A stretch of 64,000 nucleotides of DNA from Azolla caroliniana (Eukaryota; Plantae; Polypodiophyta): contig JBHGNT010000002.1 in NCBI GenBank assembly GCA_043228905.1, positions 14,198,001 to 14,262,000 of the forward strand, written 5' to 3'. The notes beneath the pieces are model-generated. The model worked only from the letters and a program-made list of their open reading frames with translations. It was not told where the DNA came from and made no database searches. Positions 36,301-48,200 of the stretch are shown piece after piece; the first letter of the stretch is position 1; each line of letters starts with the position of its first letter. The translations under genes and the position numbers were made by a program.

Positions 36301-38359
36301 CGGAAAGGTCAAGTACCTCTTCAGATGGTGACCTAGTAGATATTGATCCAATTCCTATGATGGATGATGATGCACAAGAGAGTGCCTCACAACACGAGGA
36401 GCAACATGAGGATGTTGGTGAGCCGTTGATTGTAGATGATGCTAGTAATGATGTTGTTTTGCCAGAGACAGGTCTTGAGCGGGGGAAGCAACTTCCATTA
36501 CAAGAGGTGGCAAATCAACCTTTAAGGAGATCTACAAGAGAACGACGATCATCCACGAGGTATCCTAGTTCTGAATATGTTCTACTCACTAATGAAGGTG
36601 AACAAGAAAGTTTTCATGATGTGCAAACTCTTAAAGACAAAGATAGTTGGGTAGAGGCCATGCATGAAGAAATTAATTCTTTGAAAAAGAACAACACATT
36701 TGAGCTAGTTGAACTTCCTAAGGGTAGGAGAGCTTTGAAAAGAAAGGAATTGATTTTGACGAAATTTTCTCACCAGTTGTTAAATTAAGCTCAATACAAG
36801 TTGTGTTAGGTTTGGTAGCTAGTTTAAACCTTGAACTTGAACAATTAGATGTGAAAACTGCTTTTTTACATGGTGACCTAGATGAGGAAATATACATGGA
36901 ACAACCGGAGGGTTTTAAAGAGAAAGGGAAAGAACATTTGGTATGTAGGTTGAAAAAGAGTCTCTATGGCCTAAAACAAGCACTGCGCCAATGGTATAAA
37001 AAGTTTGATTCTTTTATGGTGAATCAAGGTTATAAAAGAACTAATGCGGACCATTGTGTGTATGTTAAATAATTCGAGGATGGTAATTTTATTATACTTC
37101 TTTTGTATGTTGATGATATGCTAATTGTTGGGCAAGACCTAAATATGATTAATAGGTTAAAAGTGGAGTTATCTAAAACTTTTGAGATGAAAGATTTAGG
37201 GCCTTCTAAGCACATTTTAGGTATGCAAGTAACTCGTGATAGAGAATCAAAGAAATTGTGGCTTTCACAAGAAATGTACATAGAAAGAATCCTCGAAAGG
37301 TTCAACATGCAATATTTGAAACCAGTAAGTACTCCTCTTGCCACTCACTTTAAATTGAGTAGGAAATGTTGTCCAATTACCGAGGAGGAAAGAGATGAGA
37401 TGTCATCGATTCCCTATGCCTCAGCGGTTGGATCTTTAATGTATGCTATGGTTAGCACATGACCAAATATTGCACATGCAGTTGGTACAGTGAGTAGGTA
37501 TCTCTCTAACCCTGGTAAATCTCATTGGAATGCCGTAAAATGGATTTTACGGTATTTGAGAGGTACATCTAAGTTGTGCATTTGTTTTGGAGGTTCTAAA
37601 CCAATTCTTGAAGGCTTTACAGATGCGGACATGGCTGGAGATCTTGATGGTAGGAAATCTACATCCGGTTTCTTATTTACTTTTGCAGGGGGAGCTATAT
37701 CATGGCAATCCAAATTGCAAAAGTGTGTTGCCTTGTCCACTACAGAAGCTGAATACATTGCAGCAATTGAGGCTGGCAAAGAAATGCTTTGGATGAAAAG
37801 GTTTCTTTTAGAATTGGGTTGAGCCAATTAACTTATGTGGTTTTTTGTGACAGTCAAAGTGCAATGGACCTAAGCAAGAACTCAATGTATCACTCACGGA
37901 CAAAACACATCGATGTAAGGTATCATTGGTTACGATTGGCGATCGAGGAGCAAATGTTGCAACTAGATAAAGTTCATACTGATGACAACATTGCTGACAT
38001 GCTAACAAAGGTGGTTCCAAGGGAGAAGCTTGAGCTATGTGCCAACTTGCCGGAATGGAGATAAATTGATACACAAGCAATTCTCTCCTTGTGTGACCGG
38101 AGGGGGAGATTGTTAATGTATCCGGTCACTATTTTGTCTTTTCTTTTTTTAATAATATTTATTATTATTATTATTAGATAGTAATATAAAACAAAACGAA
38201 AGTTTTGTTTCTTTAGTAATTATTACCCTTACTTTATTTCTTTAAAAGGGTAAATGTAAGTTACGTTTTTTAGTGAGTAAAGAAAGAAAAGAAAAATAAT
38301 AATAATAATAAATATTATTAAAAAAAGAAAAGACAAAATAGTGACCGGATACATTAACA
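33387..38359. mobile_element. Element I: rearranged Ty1/copia whose outer LTR ends face minus while PBS-ORF-PPT face plus
   Basis: Perfect TSD ATAGT (33382-33386 / 38360-38364). 33387-34094 is an LTR in reverse orientation. PBS TGGTATCAGAGC at 34101-34112; PPT GGAGGGGGAG before 38111. Inverted identities 38111-38175 / 38295-38359 and 34021-34094 / 38220-38293. Confidence 0.88.
34144..38064 (+). pseudogene. Copia gag-pol of element I (812-aa ORF 34350-36788 plus RT and RNase H fragments)
   Basis: [61 protein letters not shown] and FTDADMAG. Deletion at the RT start, plus stops and frameshifts. Confidence 0.92.
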
Positions 38360-38663
38360 ATAGTAGCCTTGATAATTAGCATAGCATTGCTCAAAAGTTC
38401 GCAAAATGATGGTTTAGCCCATATGTGCTCAAGAAAATTGAAAACAACGCAACCTATTTTCTAGCGGAATTAGATGGAACTCGACTTGCTTTGCCAATTG
38501 CAATGAAGAGGATCAAGATCTTTAAGAGAAGAGAGATGACAAATCTCGAGATCAAGGCTCTAGATAATCACGCCTTGAGCATCGAGGTTGAGAAAGAATA
38601 AAACAATAACATCTGACAATCATTGACACATACCAAAGGATGTGCAGGTTTGGTCGGGATGGG

Positions 38664-39446
38664 TGTCATGATGTTTTTTCAATGCATAGTGTGAAACCAC
38701 CCTCAAAAAGAAATAAAATAGTAGTATTTTGAACAACTTTGTTAGACTTAACAAAAATACTTTTCATTTATCAAAGAGCATGCCTTATGAATGAAAGGTC
38801 AAGGATTGGCAGAAATGGAGGAACACACCTATGGTGATGCAAGGCGAGAGTGGCCCGAGGTGGAATTACCAGCCCCCACGCTGGTTGTTTCCTACTCACC
38901 TGCCACCCTCTCTTTGTTGTAGGCCCCAAGAGCCGACTCGTACTAGGCAACATTGAAGGCCATCGCCTTAGATATAGGTAGCTTCTTACATTAAGTTAGG
39001 CCGCAAGGCATTGTAAGTAGGCTGATCTTCTTTTACTTGCTCGGAGGTAGACTCCCCGATGTGTGTATAAGTCTCCTTGTAGACTCTCTATGTAATAATC
39101 CTTCCTAACTAATGGGAAAGTAGCTTCATTTTGGAAAAAAAAGAAAAAAAGAAAGAAAGGTCAAGGATTGAATCTAGTAATAAATGATGAAGGATATAAA
39201 GTTAAAGGCAGTTTTCAAAAGTAGAAAAAGTTGAGAAAAAAGTGGGAAAAAAACAAGGTGTGAATATAAAGAGCTAGGTAGAGAAAAAAGCTCATAATTT
39301 CTTCATCCAATATCCAAACTAGAAAGGAAATGATGTATAAGAAGGCTAACATGAAGAGTTTTCCAAAACGAGTGTGAATGTGAAATTTGAGGTTACAAAA
39401 CAAAAATAGGGACAAAAAGAAAACCTGCCTCACAAAGACAAGCTTT
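38664..39446 (+). mobile_element. Partial 3' LTR of host gypsy G0
   Basis: TGTCATGATGTTTT...CATAGTGTGAAACCACCCTCAAAA matches the reverse complement of the end of D. Homology resumes at 39171-39446 after the retroposon. Confidence 0.85.
38809..39154 (+). mobile_element. Short non-LTR retroposon (5'-truncated LINE or SINE) with A-rich tail
   Basis: Flanked by a perfect 16-bp direct repeat GAAAGGTCAAGGATTG (38793-38808 / 39155-39170) and ends in GGAAAAAAAAGAAAAAAAGAAA. Confidence 0.8.
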
Positions 39447-40289
39447 CACCCATATTGCTTAAATTCACCCAATTTGTAGATTGCCTAAAGGTATGTGGTA
39501 AAGAATCATTGTACTCATGTGATTGTGTATTTGAGATAATGTTGTTATAACAAGGGTAGGGAGCATACATATGTTTTCTCCGAATAACATCATATTCTTT
39601 GCAACAAACACTAGTGCACCCTTTCTTAGTGATCCCATATTTATCATGGTTTGATTCACTATTCTTCAGGCTATATGTAGAATGCCTCCATATTTCAAAG
39701 AAAGAGATCTGAGGAAACAAAGAAAAACTCAGGTTTTTTTGCAATTGAACAAAGTACAAAACATAGAATTAGAACCTTATCAACAATATTTTCTTACAAA
39801 AAAGACAAACATAGAGAAATCATAACTCTCGTTGATTTCCAATGTCAAGAACAAGAGACAAGATCAGTTTTACGTATGTGTAAAGTTGCAATGGTTGTCC
39901 TCGTGAGCACAAGCTACAAAGATTCGTTCAAGATTGCATTGTAGGGATGTGTGAATATACTTGTTGACATGTCAAATCACCAAGGCACCAACCACTATTC
40001 GAGCTATTGGAGCATATACATGTCTCAAAGGGAGACTTGATCGACAGTTGGGCGGGCAGGGCAAGGGCAGCCTGTGACGAGGAAAAACCCTTATTGTTTG
40101 TTTCATTTCTTGGGTGGATAAAGCAGAAACAGAGTTCAAGCCACTCTTCTTGTTCTTCTTCATATTAAATTATAATTAGGGTTTTTGAATTATGTAGACC
40201 CATCCATCCATCCATCCACCCAAGTGGGTGGCGGTGGGTGTTGTCTTTCACATGTAACTAACCAACAAACCGTTCCTCCTCCTCCTCCC

Positions 40290-40391
40290 TCCTTTTCTTC
40301 TCTTCATGTGTCTATGTGCATTTTTTGCCATTTCTACGCATGTATGCATACATCGGGAAACACAGAGCTCCTCTGCATCCGCTCATCAAAG
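40290..40391 (+). other. Possible non-coding first exon (5' UTR) of NME7; start position approximate
   Basis: Good donor AAAG/GTATGT at 40391/40392 downstream of CT-rich sequence. The coding exon is preceded by a tandem acceptor TGCAG/CAG at 42061-42068, which implies an upstream exon. A further small exon may end at CAG/GTAACA near 41898. Confidence 0.4.
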
Positions 40392-42078
40392 GTATGTAAT
40401 CTCTGTGTCTGTCTGTCTGTGTTTATTTGTATTTGTACAGAAAGCACAGAAACGGCAGAAAAATATACTAGCCTCTAGTAGAGGCCAGAATCTACCAATG
40501 AGACTAATCCTGATTACAAATGTGGTTGAACTCAATTTATCTATACTATTTATAACAGACAATAAATGGTCTAGGTTTCGTAAAGATCCACGATACAATT
40601 GGTAGTTATTCTTGTGATAAAGTCAATCACAACATGTATGGTACGAGGGGATATGTTATCTAATCTTGGTTGCTGCAGTCGAGCGAGGCTATGACGGAGT
40701 TCAATGAGTGTATTTGGGTGTCCTCGGGTGGACCAAGTATGGGGAGCAACGATCTACATGATCTGGTGCTGATTTGGTCCATGCCATAATGCATTCAAAC
40801 ATCATCCATTTGTCCTAGTATTGTTATATGACTGCAAAGATTGAAAGTTTCCCTATCACTATTGTGCCGGAAAACCATCATTAGTTAATGGTGCCAACGA
40901 TCAGTAATTTTTACCCCCCTCTCTCTTGGAGAAGAAGATCGAGACATCAGTTTTCTCAAATGGGGCTACCAGTGGTATCCATGATTCAAAAAATGATGGA
41001 ATTGATTTCTCTTTAGAAATTGCAAACGAAAAGAGAAATGGCACTGGTAAATGATGGTGATGACTCCACACAAAAACAATTATAGATATGACGTTTTGTA
41101 GAGATATGGTATGGGGATCAACACAAATCTGGTATTTACAATTGAGTGATAAATTGATCAAAGATGGTGATAAATTTTTCTATATTATTGGAACCGATTC
41201 TAACTTTGCCCCTGTGTTGTCTCAAATGTCCTAAGCATATACATATAATTTTTATTGAGAGCTTTATAATGATCATGTGGGCCTTTGGTTTCAGCACTCT
41301 ATGGTTAAATTCATCTCTGTTTTGACTAACATTTTCATATAATATTTTCTATCCTTTTTATTCACTTTTGTACCTTATATTATGCTACATTGCTTTTCAA
41401 AAGTTATGTTTGGTTTGCCTGTAGTGTGTGTGAAAATATGCTATATATATGATATACAGCACACATGCTTTCTTCCAAGAATTTAATTTTTCACATCTTT
41501 ATCTTTAAAGTAATTGTCTCACATATGTTCTGCAAGATAAATGGTTAAATGGAGATATTTGGAATTTTTGCGATTTAAGGTCCTTGAGAATTTACTTAAC
41601 AATTTCCATGAAGCTAACATCTGATAGGTGTCTATTGAATTTTTTACTTTGCTGTATAGACCACATATTCAGAATTTTAGTTCACATTGGAAGATCTGGC
41701 AGAAATATTTTACATATCCTAATTTTTATTGCCTATGGCATTGATAACTATTTCATTCAAAGTTCTCAATCGTGCTTGTGAGTATTGTATGATACTCTTT
41801 CCATAACTACTACTCATAATGTGGTAGCTTGTCCTTGATAGCAGAAATCATATTTCAAGACAAATAGCAGTACTCTGGAATACCTTCAAATCAACCAGGT
41901 AACATTGTATTTCTATTTGTAGATCTTGAATGGCTATTGTATTTGTAGTAGATACTTGTCGTGATGAATCTTTCTGACAAATCAATCAGATAACATTTCT
42001 AAAGGTTTTAATTTTCAGTCCTTCCTTTATATCAATAATTAATAGGTTACATTTCATGGTTGCAGCAGTTGATTGGGC

Positions 42079-42201
42079 ATGGATACCAGAACGGGTGAGG
42101 GCTGTCGCTTTGCTTTCAATGTCCGATGGCTTGATCCTAAAACACTGTTAATATGGCATTACCAACTCTTTTTCTACACTCATGATCATTCTATTGAGAT
42201 G
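42079..42201 (+). CDS. NME7: NME7 coding exon 1 (DM10 N-terminal part)
   Basis: [41 protein letters not shown], then donor GTACCC. Confidence 0.92.
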
Positions 42202-45200
42202 GTACCCTTACATCTTATTCAGGTCTATTGTATTTTTATGCCATTAAAATTTGACAATTGAAGCTATATGCTCGATGGATTATGCAGTTTGATATAAAAA
42301 ACCAGAGAATCTTTTTGAAAAGGATTGCTCATCCTGAAATACACTTGGAACATCTTTATATTGGAGCATCAATAAATGTTTATGGACGCCAGCTAATAGT
42401 CGAGTCATATGGTGATGAATTTACAGAAAAAAATGTCCGAGGGCGTCAAGAGACGTATGATACATTGATGCTTTTTGTATGTGAATAAGAAAGTTAAGAG
42501 AATAAAAATAAATTTCTCTGTACACAATTTTGTCTTTTGATCAATGTTAAAAATTATTTCTTTCTTTTCTTCTGTGTCATACCATAATCGTACAAATTAA
42601 TTGGTCTGATGATGAGCTTGTATAGTTCTGTAAACCCTTCCCTCAGATACCAAAAACTGAATTTTAAATCTGCAAACTTAAAATAAACCTTAATTCTCGT
42701 TTTCTTACAACCAGAATTCCTTTTTGGAATCCAATCTTTTTTTTCCAGTAATTTGCTTTCACCTGCATTTTTTTCTCACTCAATAGTTTTCATTTGCCTC
42801 ATTACATCCAACATAATTGATTTATTTGACTTGTTTGAACTGAGTTTCTCAATTCAAACCGGTTTTGTTGGAGAAGAAACCATGATTTAATTTACTATTT
42901 TTATCAATACTAGATCAATTCTTATAATTTTGAAATTTAGAACGAATTTTCTTAAAGAAGTCACATCTTCAAGCATAATTCTACTGTATATATTTGTTCT
43001 TTGCAACAGGACATTTGCGTTGATCAAACCTGATGGAATAAAACACATGGGACGAATCATTGATATGATATATGCCAACGACTTTCTTATAAAGCAACTC
43101 AGAATGTGCAAGCTGAGTCATGATGATGCTCAAAAATTCTATAAGGCTCATTGCAACAAGCCTTTCTATGGGTATTTAGTAATTCATCATAAGCAGAAAG
43201 GAACACCATAAAAAAATATGGTTCTTGTATAACATCTTTATTAGAAGGAAACAATCAAACATAAGAATACATGCATGACACCTACATGTTGAGGACAAAA
43301 TACAAAAACTGTGAATACATATACAATGTATCTAAGGAACTTCCTGAACATTTCAATTCATATTGCAGTGCTTTAACACAATTTATGTCAAGTGGATGCT
43401 GTGTTGCAATGGAACTAGTAGCTGATGAAGCAATCAAAAGATGGAGGAAACTTCTCGGTAAGAATGTAGATGGTTTCTGTAGAGGCAAATGTGTATGAGT
43501 ACCTGAAATATTGGCTGCAGCGTCGATAACTCAGTTTTAGCCATGCCAAATTAAAACTTCTCTATGAATGGCATTTATCTGTTTTTCACAAACTAATTTA
43601 TACCCTACCTGAATTTAATGACAGTAATTTAACTCATTTGTGTACATCAAGTTTAAAAAAAGCACATTTTGTGCTCTTTACAGTTCTGCGATCATCATGA
43701 TAACGTTAAAAATCATAATGACTTGGGCATTGCCTCAACGATGTTATCTAGTTGAAAAGAACCAAAACCATAATAACTTAAATTTGAGAGTTTCTCAATG
43801 TAAATAGGCCCGACGAGCAGTGAGGAAGCAAGAGAAAAAGATCCAGGGTCAATCAGGGCTCTATTTGGGACAAACAGCACACAGAATGCTTGTCATGGTT
43901 CCGATTCTGAAGAAAATGCAAAGAAGGTACCCATACAATCTCTCAAAGAATAGGACACAAATCTATTGGTGATGTAGTATTTAAGAAATTTATGCTGTCG
44001 ATAACGTGCTTTGACCACATATCCATTGGATGTAAAATTTTCCATTCAAAGACTTTATCTTCTGCTCTATATATGTAATCTCTCAACGTATTTGCAATTT
44101 AAGATAGTTTTATAGATAATGCAAAACTGTAAAAACATATAGCTGTTGAAAGATACCAAAGTTTTGTATCTACATGCAAATTTAAAATTGTACTGATGAT
44201 TGCATTATGCACCTTATTTGCAGGAATCTGCATTCTTCTTTAGGGATCGAAACTTTGGCCATTGTGCGCGACTTGAGAATTGCACTCTTTGTTTAATTAA
44301 ACCACATCTGGTTTTTGATGGTACGCTATTTTGATAGTAATATGGACATCTGTTTTGCCATTTTTCTCTTTGACATTCTTCACTGAAACCAGATGTGGTT
44401 AACTTAAGAATTTGTTTTGTTTTATCTTTGCAAAAATGTATGATATGCTGCTCAAGATGCCTAAATAAGAGGAAAACCATCCTATTTGTTTTTCTAGGGG
44501 GTATTTGTTGCATGTATAGAAATAATAATGCTACTATTGTCAATGTGCATAAAATGAGCATTTCTTAGTTATTTTCTAGTTATCATTAAATAGCCTTGTA
44601 TTGCAACACAAGGACCTGTATATTATGTTTATGTGTGGATAAATAAAACATTTCTGACTCTCTTTTCTAATGTTGGGGATAAAGGCCCCAAGGACTCTCC
44701 CGTTTTAGTATATTTTTACCCTTTGAGAGGTTTTAGGCATTTATATTACTTTTATAACTTTTGGTCACTGGTCGTGTGTGAACATCCCAAAATGACCTAA
44801 AAGTTACTTATCAATAATAATTGGTCCCAAAACTCTCATAATGAGATACAGAATTTTAGTGGTTGGGGTTTCCTCTACATTTTTCTGCACAGTTTTCTCT
44901 ACTTTTTCTCACCTTAGACAACAACTCACTCCTTTGGTGTTTTGGAGCAACTGAACACACCATCACGTCATCTCTCTATCAACTGGTATCAAAGCTAGAG
45001 AGTTTTATCACGAAGATTTTTTGTCTCGTTAAGTGACTGTGCACAAGACAGTAGGTGATTTCCCCTTTTTTGGTGAAGTTTTTTAAATTGTTGAGTGCAA
45101 ACATGACTATTACCTCCACTGATCCCAAAAGCTTGTTTGAGGTCAAGACATATGAAGGTAATGGTTTTGATTTATGGAAAGAGAGAATGTTAGGAATTCT

Positions 45201-48200
45201 CTTTCTTAAAGATTGTGAAGGGGCACTTCTTGAAGTCAAGCCTAAAGATATGATAGATGTAGCATGGATTAAACTAAATAAGAAGGCCATTATTTACATC
45301 GAGATGGCTATATCAAATGAGATCTTAGTGGATTTGGAGGGCCTCATAGTTGCTTTTGAGTTATGGGAGAAGCTGAAAGCTACTTATGAAGTTATCACGC
45401 TTGTAAATCATGTGCATCTCTTGCCTAAGCTGGATGTATGCAACTTGAGCTGGGCAGTTATCTACCTTTACAGGTAATCTCTCACAATTGCAGGACTCAG
45501 GAGTACCTCCCTTTGCTGATAAGCTTAAGGCCATCTTCTTGTGGGCGACCTTACCTGATTTGTGCGAGACATTGGGTGTTTTACTCTCGAATAACCCTAG
45601 TCTTACGTTTGATGGCGTAATGGGTTCTATGTTGAATGAGGAAATTAGGAGGAAAGCTAGTTGAGAGGGAAGTGGTTCAGCCAATGTGGCTAGAGGAAGA
45701 ATAGAAAAGAAAAGTGGAAATGTACAGAGGAACAAGAGCAAAAGCAAAGGCAAGGCTGAAGTGACTTCTTATAAGTGTGGTAGGAGAGGTCATAAGAAGC
45801 TTAATTGCAGGTACTACAAAGCTGAATTAGAAAGAAAGAAGAACACATGTGACAAGAAGAAAATAGATAGCGAAAATGAATCACATAACAACTTTAAGGA
45901 CAAGGACAAAGAGAAGGCCAATGTGGCCTCTAGTGTCATCATTGAGGAGCCATCAGATGTAGAAAATATTCTTTGGCGGCAGATCATGCTAAAGCTAATG
46001 ATACTTTTGATTATATTCATGCACAAGATATGCAAATTACAAGGAGTGATCTAATTAATGCCTTGCTTAGTCTGAATGATTCTTTGGCACAAGCATGGGT
46101 TGTGGATTTAGGTGCATCATTCCATGTTACTCCTATTAAGGAGTGTTTTATTGCCTTTCATGCAGGCAGCCATGGACATGTATACCTTGGAAGTAACAAT
46201 GCTTGTTTTATTGAAGGTATTGGCACAATCATCTTACAATGGATAATACTAATGAGCTGGTTTTCCATGATGTAAGGTATGTACCAAGCATCAAGAATAG
46301 CTTATTGTTTGTTGAACAAATGGATATACATGGATATAGTACCCTCTTTGAGATAGGGTCATGGAAGCTTATCAATGATCTAGGCTAATTGTTAAAGGTA
46401 CAAAGGAAAGGACTTTGTATTGCTTGTGTGGTAAACCTTTGATGGGCAAGTTTACTGGTTTGGCTGAAATCCATTCACATATAGAATTATGGCATAAAAG
46501 GCTTGGCCACATGAGCCAAAAAGACCTTGATAAACTATGTATTTTGGACAAGTTGGATCCTAAAGGCTTAAAACTTGATTTTTGTAATGAATGGCAATAT
46601 GGTAAGCAAGGAAAAAATTCCTAGTACTCTAGTGTCTCTCGTAAGCCTAATCTACTTGATCTAATTCATTATGATGTTTGCAACATGTCCACCAATTCTA
46701 TGGGCCAATTCTATGGGGGTTGCTCTTTATTTTATTTCTTTTGTTGGTCACTACTCTAGAAAGCTTTGGGTATATTTTTAAAATCTAAGGATAAAGCCTT
46801 TGCTGCATTGAAGAAATTTTATGCATTTGTAACCACCCAAACAGGTAAAATCCTGAAATGCTTATGTAGAGATAATGGGGGTGAGTTTAGAAGTGCTTAA
46901 TTCAATAAATTTTGTGAAAATGTTGGTATTAAGAGGGAGCTAACAGTGCCATACAGCCCCTCTTCCAATGGTGTGGCTGAAAGGCATAACAAGTCTTTAT
47001 TTCAGAGGGTGAGATATGTTGAGAATCAAGCTGAGCTCATGTGCTTCTGAAGAAAAGCACAATATGTGAAAAAGTGCGTGAGCACACTTTATTGTAATCT
47101 GTGTAGTTGTCAAGTGTGAATGTGGTCAAGTATATCAAATATTCTTTTGATAGAATCTTACTTGACTAGATATCTTGATTAGATTCCTCCAACCACATTT
47201 AATATGGCAGTCCCTTGAGGACTTGTATATAAAACCCCCTTTGCCCATTCTGTTTTGTTGATAATCTTTAGTTATTTAATATAGCTCTCTTCAGTGCATA
47301 AGCTGCCATCCCCCTACTGTGTGTTTTCTTATTTTCTAGTTATTCTCTCTGATTCCTTCTCTTGCTTATACACTCACTCACACACACACACACTATGCTT
47401 CTGAATACTCAACTCTACTAGGGTTAGATTCTATACATGCTATTAGAGCGTGAGGGTTAGAGATCCTTCATTGAGCTCTACCATTGAAACTGTGTGAACA
47501 GCTAGAGACGTTGTTTCAAACCAGCTATTGTAGCTGTAGTGTTGCACAGCTAGAGGCTCACGTTAACAGGAACATACGAATCAAGCTAAATCAGAAAGAT
47601 GAATGCACAGATGGGTAGCACACTTCCAACAGAGAAGCTGGACAGGCACAACTACGCATCTTGGGGATATAAGATGCAACAATACTTTGTCGGGCAAGGG
47701 TATTGTAGTTATATTGAGGGAGCTCAAGAAACAGCCCCGATATTATAAATCCCGACTACCCCACATGGCAGCAAGGCGCCAAAAGGGTAATGTATTGTTT
47801 GGCAACATGTGTGCAAGATCACATGTTAAGCTATATTCGTGATGCGAAAGCCTCGACAAAAGCGTGGAGAAACTTGAAGAAGATTTTCGTGGCTTCAACC
47901 ATAGCGAGAAAACTTCAACTCCGGCAGTAGTTGAACAATATTTGGCAAGGGGATATGTCTGTGACGGACTATACCCTCCGGATCAAAGACTTACGCTATT
48001 CACTTGGCTCCATCAATGTCGCAGTTGATGATGAAAAGATGGTGCATATCTGCTGCCTTGGCGGCCTCACACAAAAATATGGCGCATTATGAACTGCCAT
48101 GACAACAAGGGAGAAACCCTCAAGCTTTTTCAACTTGCAATCCATGCTAATGGTTGAGGAGAACCATACATGGTTGAAAAGCACAGCATCTGATGGGCAG

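Larger units (their letters stand above)
167..39446 (+). mobile_element. Host element G0: old, degenerate Ty3/gypsy retrotransposon fragmented by nested insertions (pol pieces 167-1619, 8211-8307, 27404-27908, 33258-33386, 38360-38663; partial 3' LTR 38664-~39446)
   Basis: The pieces translate collinearly with the pol of element E: RT (LVRMCTLPQGATNS, FLDDIPIKG), RNase H, integrase GLHPTY | ...KWLVDIV...REDL | TNQVEGQAL...YNPEANGKVERGH...ERRPEDV | ...EEGDWVLVYD | SSLDN...WFSPYV...LAELDGTR. A PPT-like CGGGATGGG precedes TGTCATGATG at 38664. Confidence 0.9.

Noticed and set aside
38111-38359. 249-bp unit with 65-bp terminal inverted repeats resembling a MITE
   Set aside because: It starts exactly after the PPT, has no TSD of its own, and its interior matches the inverted LTR at 34021-34094. 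It is part of rearranged element I.
40600-41250. Possible transposon-derived or coding fragment upstream of NME7
   Set aside because: No termini, TSD or recognisable protein motif could be established by eye.
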